Positions 29,991-37,418 of a stretch of 45,379 nucleotides of DNA are shown piece after piece; position 1 is the stretch's first letter, and each line of letters starts with the position of its first letter. The notes under the pieces are model-generated. The model had not been told where the DNA came from, made no database searches, and worked only from the letters and a program-made list of their open reading frames with translations. The translations under genes and the position numbers were made by a program. The DNA comes from a virus. The DNA lies in IMG/VR virus record IMGVR_UViG_3300045988_046206, positions 1 to 45,379 of that record; one strand, given 5' to 3'.

Positions 29991-30115
29991 AAAATACTTG
30001 CATCACAACTGAATAGCGAAGATGATGCGTACAACACACAAACCATATTGTATCATCTTCGGCTATTTTGGGCAATACAGAAAATTTGTTCACATTTCAA
30101 ACAAGGAGGAATATC

Positions 30116-31294
30116 ATGCCGAAGAAAAGAAAAACTTATCCAAAATTACCAAACGGATTCGGGAGTATCCGTTATCTTGGCAAGAACCGACGTAATTGCT
30201 ATGCCGTGCATCCACCGGCAACGATTGACGCATCAGGAAAAGCGATCCGCCCACCCGCGATCTGCTACGTTGACGACTGGCTAAAGGGTTTTGCTGTCTT
30301 AACTGCCTACAAAGCCGGAACATATAAGCCAGGAATGGAGAATGACCTACCTGTATCTCCTACCGCCGATACAGATACCCTTGTGAGCCGCATATTGGCT
30401 GATTACGGGACGATAAAAGGAGTAGAGGGTAAACATCCAGAGATTAAGAAATTAACGTTTGCAGAGGTATACGAACGGTTTATGGCATGGAAGTTCGCCG
30501 AGGGAACGACTTACTCAAAAGCAACGAAGTCAAACTATTCGGCATCCTATTCGTACTGCAAGCCATTGCACGACAGACCTTTTGAGGACTTAAAAGCTAC
30601 TGACCTGCAAGAATTTGTCGATAGTCAAAAAGGTTTTAAAAGAGGGAGTTTGAGAGTAATACTGGTGCTGTTTAACCAGATGTACAAATATGCGATGTAC
30701 GCTGAAATCGTATCAGAGAACAAATCCAGATACGTCAAGATAAACAAAGAGGACGACACGGAACATGGTACTGCATTTTCTGAACAGGAACTGGAAATCC
30801 TGTGGCAAAATTCAGCAGATTTTGACGTACAGTTAATTCTGATCATGTGCTATTCCGGCTGGAGAATCGGAGAAATTGAGAATCTGGAGGTTAATCTGGA
30901 TGAACGATATTTTAAAGGCGGCTCAAAAACAAAAGCTGGCAAAGGCAGGATCGTTCCTATACATCCGTGTATCTACGATTTTGTCAGAACAAGAATCGAA
31001 ACTGACGGAACTCTACTGAACATTAACAAGGTCACCTATCGGATGTACCGATTCTATCCCGTATTGGAAAAATTAGGAATAGTCGGAGATCCGAAGCACA
31101 CACCACACGATTGTCGGCACACATTTTCTGCTCTGTGTGAAAAATATTCCGTCAGAGAAAACGACAGGAAAAGAATGCTAGGACATGCATTTGGGAATGA
31201 TATCACGAACGCTGTATATGGACATCGAACAGTAGAAGAACTTCGAACAGAGATTGAGAAAATAGAAGTTCCGTTTGTGACTAACTGTGACTAA
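30116..31294 (+). CDS. int: Tyrosine integrase
   Basis: Track ORF trimmed to the ATG after AAGGAGGA. The C-terminal catalytic region is ...WRIGEI...HTPHDCRHTFSALC...LGHAFGNDITNAVYGH (R, H-x-x-R, H, Y). Confidence 0.9.
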   Translation: MPKKRKTYPKLPNGFGSIRYLGKNRRNCYAVHPPATIDASGKAIRPPAICYVDDWLKGFAVLTAYKAGTYKPGMENDLPVSPTADTDTLVSRILADYGTIKGVEGKHPEIKKLTFAEVYERFMAWKFAEGTTYSKATKSNYSASYSYCKPLHDRPFEDLKATDLQEFVDSQKGFKRGSLRVILVLFNQMYKYAMYAEIVSENKSRYVKINKEDDTEHGTAFSEQELEILWQNSADFDVQLILIMCYSGWRIGEIENLEVNLDERYFKGGSKTKAGKGRIVPIHPCIYDFVRTRIETDGTLLNINKVTYRMYRFYPVLEKLGIVGDPKHTPHDCRHTFSALCEKYSVRENDRKRMLGHAFGNDITNAVYGHRTVEELRTEIEKIEVPFVTNCD

Positions 31295-31296
31295 CC
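31276..31296 (+). repeat. Tandem pair of TGTGACTAAC(C) arm-type site candidates, overlapping the int stop codon
   Basis: Read directly: TGTGACTAAC-TGTGACTAACC. Confidence 0.6.
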
Positions 31297-31473
31297 GTTC
31301 CTTTTTAAGATGTTTTTATTTTATCAAATCTATCTATATAAAGTCCGGAAACCCGCATAAAATCAACGTTTTTTCAGTATTTGTGTACTTTTATGAATGT
31401 CATAATAACATTTACATTAGAACAGGCAAAGTAGAAAGAAATGCCGTATTTATGCGGATTTCAGTATTCTATT

Positions 31474-31495
31474 TGTGACCAACGTGTGACTAACC
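31474..31495 (+). repeat. Second tandem pair TGTGACCAAC-G-TGTGACTAACC (arm-type site candidates)
   Basis: Read directly. Lies ~180 bp from the first pair. A 9-bp inverted repeat CCGCATAAA (31353-31361) / TTTATGCGG (31450-31458) lies between the pairs. Confidence 0.6.
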
Positions 31496-31532
31496 AAAAT
31501 ATTCTTATCATTCCGAATATGATACAATATAA

Positions 31533-31567
31533 CGTAAAAGCCCCAAGGAATAATTTCCAAGGGGCTT
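31533..31567 (-). terminator. Putative terminator after the endolysin gene
   Basis: AAGCCCCAAGGAA-TAAT-TTCCAAGGGGCTT hairpin with a 2x2 internal mismatch. A short T run follows on the minus strand. Confidence 0.45.
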
Positions 31568-31572
31568 GAATT

Positions 31573-33207
31573 TTATACTTTTTTGATGTATTTCGCGGAA
31601 ACAAATCCGAAGTATTTTCCGGCAATACGGATGTAGTACCAAGAACTACCATCACTTGCTTTCTGAGTGAAGTTCATAACATCAACCTTGTTTCCTTTGT
31701 TCAATGTCGGATATTTTTTGATGTTCGGATATTCCGTTCCAGCCCATGTGCGGACGTTCAGGCTGGAAGCTGTAACCTGTCCAGTGTACAACCTCTGATT
31801 CTTGTCTTGCTTTTTGGGAATCGTTGTGGCTGTATTCTCTACTCCGTCAATCTTAAGATATTTTGTCGCAGCCCATCCAATGCCGATACCTGCAACTTTG
31901 ATTTTAGTCCACATTCCAGACTTCTCACCATTGATTTCAACACGGTTGCCTTTGTTAATCTTGCCAAGAACATATCCATTCGGCGTTTCACGGATATAAA
32001 GGTCGTCCACCGTAGATGTAGCCGTTCCGGTTGCTTTCCAAGTGGCTGTAGACGCTTTTTCTTTGCCCCAGTCAATCCAAACATATCCGTCAATTGCAGA
32101 ATCATTAATAGCGTAAACTTTATTGCGAACAGCTCCGCCATTTGCGACTACTCCAGCAGCACTGGAAGTATTTCCTTCATTGGTATAAACGATGCTGCCA
32201 TTGAACCTACGAACAGAGCCAACATGGGAACCGTTACGGAATATAATCAACGCACCTACTTTTGGTGATTTGTGCCATGTTCCATTAGCTTTGGCATGAT
32301 TTGTGATTGATACGCAATTGTAAAAACCACCGCCCATAATCTTTAATGCTCTGGCGATTCCAAGGATTTTTACCAGTTTCCAGAACTGATACTCTGCACA
32401 CCACGGCTGAGCCTGACAACCCGGCTGCCCCCAAGAATTTACATCACGGGCAAATTTGGTGTAGTTGTTATATCCGGCATTCTTCTTAAAATCGTCCAGA
32501 TAAGCATTGCTTTTCTTTTCAAGATATCCACCATTTGAGGCGTAATAATCTCCGAGTTCTGTAAATTTCTGTAATTTTGTTTTACTCACTGTTCCCTCTT
32601 CTTTCTTTTCCGTCCGATAATCCGTATAGAATACGTCCATATCAACGTCATTCGCACTGATTCCTTCTACTTTTCCACTCTCTGAATACTGCCAGCCTAT
32701 GCCAACGGACGGTCTGAGCCGTTCTGGAATAGTCCCGTTGTCATTATTCGCATAACTTGCAAGCCAGAGGTCATATTTCTTGAGGTTGTCGGACAGGTAA
32801 TTATTATACCAGTCCATATTGCAATAGATACCAACTTTATAACCGGCTTTTTTCATTCTAGTCAAGAATGATACCGCAATATTCTCGATTGCCTGTTTTC
32901 CAAGGCTTCTCTGCTGTTTCCATTCGAGATCGTAGAATACTGGAAAGTCCAGTCCGCGTCCGTTCAGTACTTCGATCACGTTCTCAGCTTCTTCAACAGC
33001 TTGTGCCGGTGTTAAGGCATAACTGTATTTGTATACCCCTGCCAGAATACCGCTCTGTTTACATCCTTTATAGTTATGTTTAAACGAGGAATCTACGCCA
33101 TATCTCTGATGGACTCTGAGGATTGCTGCTTTTACGCCGGATTTTGCGACTTTTGCCCAATCTGGTTTGCCTTGATCTGACGATACATCAATTGCTTTGA
33201 TTTCCAT
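31573..33207 (-). CDS. Endolysin: GH25 muramidase + CHAP-like peptidase + two SH3b cell-wall-binding domains
   Basis: 544 aa. GH25 region: IDVSSDQGKPDW...DLEW...WQYSE...DMDVFY. CHAP-like region: QPWCAEYQFW...GSHVGSV...TNEGNTS. Two C-terminal SH3-like repeats (LYIRETPNG..., LNVRTWAGTEYP...). Confidence 0.85.
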   Translation of the reverse strand: MEIKAIDVSSDQGKPDWAKVAKSGVKAAILRVHQRYGVDSSFKHNYKGCKQSGILAGVYKYSYALTPAQAVEEAENVIEVLNGRGLDFPVFYDLEWKQQRSLGKQAIENIAVSFLTRMKKAGYKVGIYCNMDWYNNYLSDNLKKYDLWLASYANNDNGTIPERLRPSVGIGWQYSESGKVEGISANDVDMDVFYTDYRTEKKEEGTVSKTKLQKFTELGDYYASNGGYLEKKSNAYLDDFKKNAGYNNYTKFARDVNSWGQPGCQAQPWCAEYQFWKLVKILGIARALKIMGGGFYNCVSITNHAKANGTWHKSPKVGALIIFRNGSHVGSVRRFNGSIVYTNEGNTSSAAGVVANGGAVRNKVYAINDSAIDGYVWIDWGKEKASTATWKATGTATSTVDDLYIRETPNGYVLGKINKGNRVEINGEKSGMWTKIKVAGIGIGWAATKYLKIDGVENTATTIPKKQDKNQRLYTGQVTASSLNVRTWAGTEYPNIKKYPTLNKGNKVDVMNFTQKASDGSSWYYIRIAGKYFGFVSAKYIKKV

Positions 33208-33219
33208 GCTTTTGCCTCC

Positions 33220-33648
33220 TTATGCTGTGATTTTTTTGAACTGCAATATCAAAAATGTAGATGTTCCGGAATGCGTTCCTGTTGTCGTATTGAGGAAATA
33301 AGTGGTCAGCGTATTACCTGAGATAGATATTCCTGTACAGGTCAGCCAACCGGACGTTCTATGAATTGGCACTAGCAGGTCTGCATTCGCGTTTTTGGCG
33401 AATGTCGCTGTGACTGCACCAGTGGATTTTCCTGCCGCTGTCGACGGTGCAGTTACATTGACCGTAGTTGCCTCGAGAAGCACATAACCTGTTCTGGAAA
33501 ATGTAAATAACGCTTTTCTCAAGTCCGCAGCTGTCATTTTTTTAAGTGTGGCTCCGGCACCAGCCCCAACCGGAATCAAGTCCGTATCCTGCAAAGATGT
33601 GGCTTCCGGCAAAGCACTCAGCACATCTGTTTTTAATGAAGTCGCCAT
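33220..33648 (-). CDS. Tail-fibre-associated protein (142 aa)
   Basis: The N-terminus LPEATSLQDTDLIPVGAGAGATLKKMTAADL is a common fibre N-terminal motif. Follows the large fibre gene. Confidence 0.5.
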   Translation of the reverse strand: MATSLKTDVLSALPEATSLQDTDLIPVGAGAGATLKKMTAADLRKALFTFSRTGYVLLEATTVNVTAPSTAAGKSTGAVTATFAKNANADLLVPIHRTSGWLTCTGISISGNTLTTYFLNTTTGTHSGTSTFLILQFKKITA

Positions 33649-33665
33649 GGTATCACCCTCCTTGT

Positions 33666-36600
33666 TTATTGTCCAATATAACCATACTGTAAAAGCTGGA
33701 ATATTGCAGTGCCGCCCAGGTTCTCGTTACTGAGATTAGAGAATATTGCCGATATTGTACTTGTATCCTCGTCTACGCTATAGGTGGCAATATTAATTTT
33801 CCCTCCAGCCCCTGTTACTCCTTGAAATATAGCTACACACGTAGTAGCGTCTGATAATTTAGAAAATTTTTTCGAGACCGGCCGGGTTGTGGCCGAACTA
33901 AAATTCGGAACTTCCATCGTGATCGTTTCAGTCTGCAAAAGGACTTGTGCTCCGTATTTGTAAATTTTGCCAAAGTCAACGATGCCACTATTTTCTAGTA
34001 CCACATCCGTCACGGACACATCTGTACTTTTGCTGCCTTCAACTCTCATTATACCTTCTTTTGTCATGCGATATCCCGTATAACTATAACGTGTGCTTTC
34101 TTCGCTGTATGAATCCCAGAAGGTGAGTCCATCATTGTCGAGAGTTCCTATCGGTTCTCCGTTACTATTACGTAATATTAACGCTCCGTCTCCATTATGC
34201 GCTCCACCCAATGTTAATTCACCGCCTAACGCCGCACTAAAGCTGATATACAGTTGACCATTTTTGTAGTACAGCCCTTTCCACGCTCCGTTGTTGGAAA
34301 GGATATTTACGATGTCCGTCTGCGTTAGATTGTCAACGTCAATAACTACCGCTACGCTCTGCATATCGAGCATATCCGTAGTGCCGCCAGCCGCGTACAA
34401 TTTGCACCGGATGTTGGTTATATCGCGTGGAATTCCAATTGTAGTACCGTTGCCGCCTGTTATGGTTTGACCATTTCCATCTGTCAGAATCGTATACAGA
34501 TAATGTTTAACCGAAGTTTCGTTTGTGGACGATGTATAAATAGTTTTCCATGTGTTCCCGTCAGCGGTTTCCTCAATCATGAATCTGCCCTTGTATGCGT
34601 ATCTGGTAGCTGAATCCCCGTCGCGGTAATACGCGTTGAATTCCAAAAAGTTCGGGCTGATAACCTTGTCTGCTCCGCGTTTCAGGACTGTACAGGATGG
34701 CTCAATAATGTAAGTTCTTCCAGGTTCGCCCTTAATCTTGCTCCACGTATATTTCGTAGGGTCAGTAGAGTCCGCCTTAGTGGTGTCGGTATACTGACCA
34801 ATATACAGTTTATTAGTTCCGTCAGAAACGGAAAAACCAGTCCTGCCATCAGCACTGTTTGCATAGGCAATGTGCAGATAATATGTTTTTCCGTCCGTTC
34901 CGTTCGTTCCGGCAATGCCATCTTTGCCATCTGTTCCCTCAAATTTTGACCATGTGTATTTCTTTGGGTCTGTACTGTCATTTGGCTCATAATCTACATA
35001 AGTGCCAATATATGTGGACGGGGTCTCGGTCATCTGGCTAGATGATGTCGGATTTGCCACAGAACTATACTTGATGTGAAAGTATGATGTTTTTCCATCT
35101 ACTCCATTAGTTCCGTCCTTGCCGTCTTTGCCCGGGATTCCCTGCTCACCTTTTTCGCCTTGAAGTCCATCAAGTCCGTTAATTCCATTCTTTCCAGCTT
35201 TTAACTTTGCAACCGTAAACCGCTTCGTGATTGACAATGCTCGCAGATAAGTGGCTTTGATGTCCACCCAACCATTGTCCGCACTCAATCCGGTCACGGT
35301 ATAAGTATGTGTGGAATCATCCCATGAGCCAGTCACATTATTGGATTTCGTAACGGTGTAGGTGCAATCATTGGTCACATCGTTAGTTCCATACATGACC
35401 TGAGCCGTAGTTGTCACGGTCGGAAATGTTCCAGTGATATTTCCATCGGCATCAGTGGTGATACTCTGGTAGTCGTTGGTCAACTGCATGGTCATGTTCT
35501 TTGCTTCCGCAATGCTGTTGTCCATAGCAGTCAGCTTTTCAGTCAGAGTCTGGTCGCCGATAATCAAAATGTCCGGATTCATGTACACTGTATTGGTATC
35601 CATATTGGCCTGGAAGATAATATCTCCGTTTTTATCTTTTACTGTCAATGCACCGGTATCAATATAATCTGCATTGATTCCCTCGGCGTACAGAAGTTTG
35701 GTTATCATCGTTCCAGTCAACTCGAATCCGAACGGATAGGTTTTACCACCATCATTTGACACGCCGATTGCCTCAGCCGTAATCTTAATTACATTTTTTG
35801 ATTCTGCCAGAGTGCCTTTGTCGTGGAAATACGAGATTGTACTTCCATCTTCTTGCTGGACGTAAGTTGCGAACAGTCCGCTTCCGACAGAAAGAGATTT
35901 TTGCAACTCTTCAATTGCTAACTCCCTGGCGTTTTTTTCTTTCTCAACAAGCCGGCGCGCTGCAATAATTGCTTTTGTGGCTCCAGAATAGTATAGGCTC
36001 ATTCCTCTGATCGGGTCATCAGCCTGTGTTTTTACAGTAGTTTTCCCATTAACCGCATATGATACATCCGTCAGAGGAGTAACATATTGGTTAAGATTGC
36101 GGTCATAGGTATAAGCCACGTCGCCAAATTCCAACAGCGGATTGAACGCCATATCTCCTTGGAGATTTCTGAATTTTGCCCCGATAATGGAATCACCAAT
36201 CTGCGCTGCCACTGTTGCAAGGTCGGCTTCACCCACAAGATTGTTCTCCATAGACAGAATATAACCAGAAGTGCCGTATGTTTCAGAATTATCACCGTTC
36301 ATTACATTAATTCCAGTTATCACAATGTCGTCGCTCGATACCGTTGGCATATTAATATAATCCTTGAGTTCAATGCTCGGAGTAGCGTCCAAATTCCATC
36401 CGACAAACTGCAAACTTCCGTTGCTGTCAAGACGTGCGTTCGCGGTATCAAGCATGGCAGCCCATCCGAAAAGTTGACGATATGTCATATCTTTTGGGAG
36501 TTCGTTGATAATCAGATCGCCATGTGCCATCTTCGAAAAACCAGCCGTGATACCAAGAGTACCGCACGCGTCCCTCACCAGACTCTCAACCGTCTGCGGG

Positions 36601-37016
36601 AGAACCAGTTTGGTTGAAAAGACCGCATTGGTCTTATATATATCATCCAGTGCGGTAAAACTGAGGATTTCACCGTACTGTTCTGGTGTTGTAATCGTAT
36701 ACACACCTTTATCAATGGTCTCGACCGTATCGGCATCAATCTGCATTTTAAGGTACGCATGGACTTTCGCCATATAGAAATAGTAGTCTTTCCACTGGTC
36801 GGAAGTGTTATCCAGTTCGAGCGTCATGGACTTGCAGATAACGCAACCGATTGGAAAACTGCTACTTTCTGCACAATCAGAAAATGAGTTGTTGCCGTTC
36901 ATAATTTCGTCTTTTAAGTGCTTTAATGTTCCGTCAGAAAAGGTAATATCCACTTCAATCCATACCTTTTCTCCGTTCTCAAGTCCCTGCTTGAATGCAT
37001 TAGATACATTAATCAA
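33666..37016 (-). CDS. Tail tip/fibre protein (Tal-like N-terminus, collagen-like G-X-Y runs, duplicated variable module)
   Basis: 1116 aa, TTG start after GGGGGTGA. Contains GKNGINGLDGLQGEKGEQGIPGKDGKDGTNGVDGKT and a second run GTDGKDGIAGTNGTDGKT. Lies downstream of the TMP and Dit-like genes. Confidence 0.8.
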   Translation of the reverse strand: MINVSNAFKQGLENGEKVWIEVDITFSDGTLKHLKDEIMNGNNSFSDCAESSSFPIGCVICKSMTLELDNTSDQWKDYYFYMAKVHAYLKMQIDADTVETIDKGVYTITTPEQYGEILSFTALDDIYKTNAVFSTKLVLPQTVESLVRDACGTLGITAGFSKMAHGDLIINELPKDMTYRQLFGWAAMLDTANARLDSNGSLQFVGWNLDATPSIELKDYINMPTVSSDDIVITGINVMNGDNSETYGTSGYILSMENNLVGEADLATVAAQIGDSIIGAKFRNLQGDMAFNPLLEFGDVAYTYDRNLNQYVTPLTDVSYAVNGKTTVKTQADDPIRGMSLYYSGATKAIIAARRLVEKEKNARELAIEELQKSLSVGSGLFATYVQQEDGSTISYFHDKGTLAESKNVIKITAEAIGVSNDGGKTYPFGFELTGTMITKLLYAEGINADYIDTGALTVKDKNGDIIFQANMDTNTVYMNPDILIIGDQTLTEKLTAMDNSIAEAKNMTMQLTNDYQSITTDADGNITGTFPTVTTTAQVMYGTNDVTNDCTYTVTKSNNVTGSWDDSTHTYTVTGLSADNGWVDIKATYLRALSITKRFTVAKLKAGKNGINGLDGLQGEKGEQGIPGKDGKDGTNGVDGKTSYFHIKYSSVANPTSSSQMTETPSTYIGTYVDYEPNDSTDPKKYTWSKFEGTDGKDGIAGTNGTDGKTYYLHIAYANSADGRTGFSVSDGTNKLYIGQYTDTTKADSTDPTKYTWSKIKGEPGRTYIIEPSCTVLKRGADKVISPNFLEFNAYYRDGDSATRYAYKGRFMIEETADGNTWKTIYTSSTNETSVKHYLYTILTDGNGQTITGGNGTTIGIPRDITNIRCKLYAAGGTTDMLDMQSVAVVIDVDNLTQTDIVNILSNNGAWKGLYYKNGQLYISFSAALGGELTLGGAHNGDGALILRNSNGEPIGTLDNDGLTFWDSYSEESTRYSYTGYRMTKEGIMRVEGSKSTDVSVTDVVLENSGIVDFGKIYKYGAQVLLQTETITMEVPNFSSATTRPVSKKFSKLSDATTCVAIFQGVTGAGGKINIATYSVDEDTSTISAIFSNLSNENLGGTAIFQLLQYGYIGQ

Positions 37017-37407
37017 GTGGATTCACCCCCTGCATGTTAAAAGATATTTTTGATACAAATTTTAAGTCTGGCGAAATTTCTCCGATAGTTAGGCTTGCTT
37101 TTCCAACATAAAACGGGTCTGTTCGCCATGCCATGTGGTAAAGTGACCAATGATACAAATTGAAAGTTTTTCCTTTTGCGATAATTTTGAGAATTTTGTT
37201 TGCCTCTATAACCGGAACGTTTGATGCTTCATAGCTATACTGTTCGACTGTAAACAATGGAGTTAACAATGCTTTTCCGAACTGTGTGCGGTTACTACCT
37301 TCTGAATAAGTTGTTTCGAGGTTATAACCCATATCTTTATCTGGCTGATAGATGGAAGCCCCATTCATCTTGTATCGTTCTGTTACGCTTTTTGGAATAG
37401 TTGCCAC
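37009..37407 (-). CDS. Short distal-tail-protein candidate (132 aa)
   Basis: Sits between the tape measure and the tip protein. GTG start after AGGAGGTGG. The call is by position only. Confidence 0.45.
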   Translation of the reverse strand: MATIPKSVTERYKMNGASIYQPDKDMGYNLETTYSEGSNRTQFGKALLTPLFTVEQYSYEASNVPVIEANKILKIIAKGKTFNLYHWSLYHMAWRTDPFYVGKASLTIGEISPDLKFVSKISFNMQGVNPLD

Positions 37408-37418
37408 GCTTCCACCTC

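Noticed and set aside
36087-36777. 176-aa and 90-aa plus-strand ORFs inside the tail fibre gene
   Set aside because: Antisense shadow frames of the 1116-aa fibre gene, with no translation signals.
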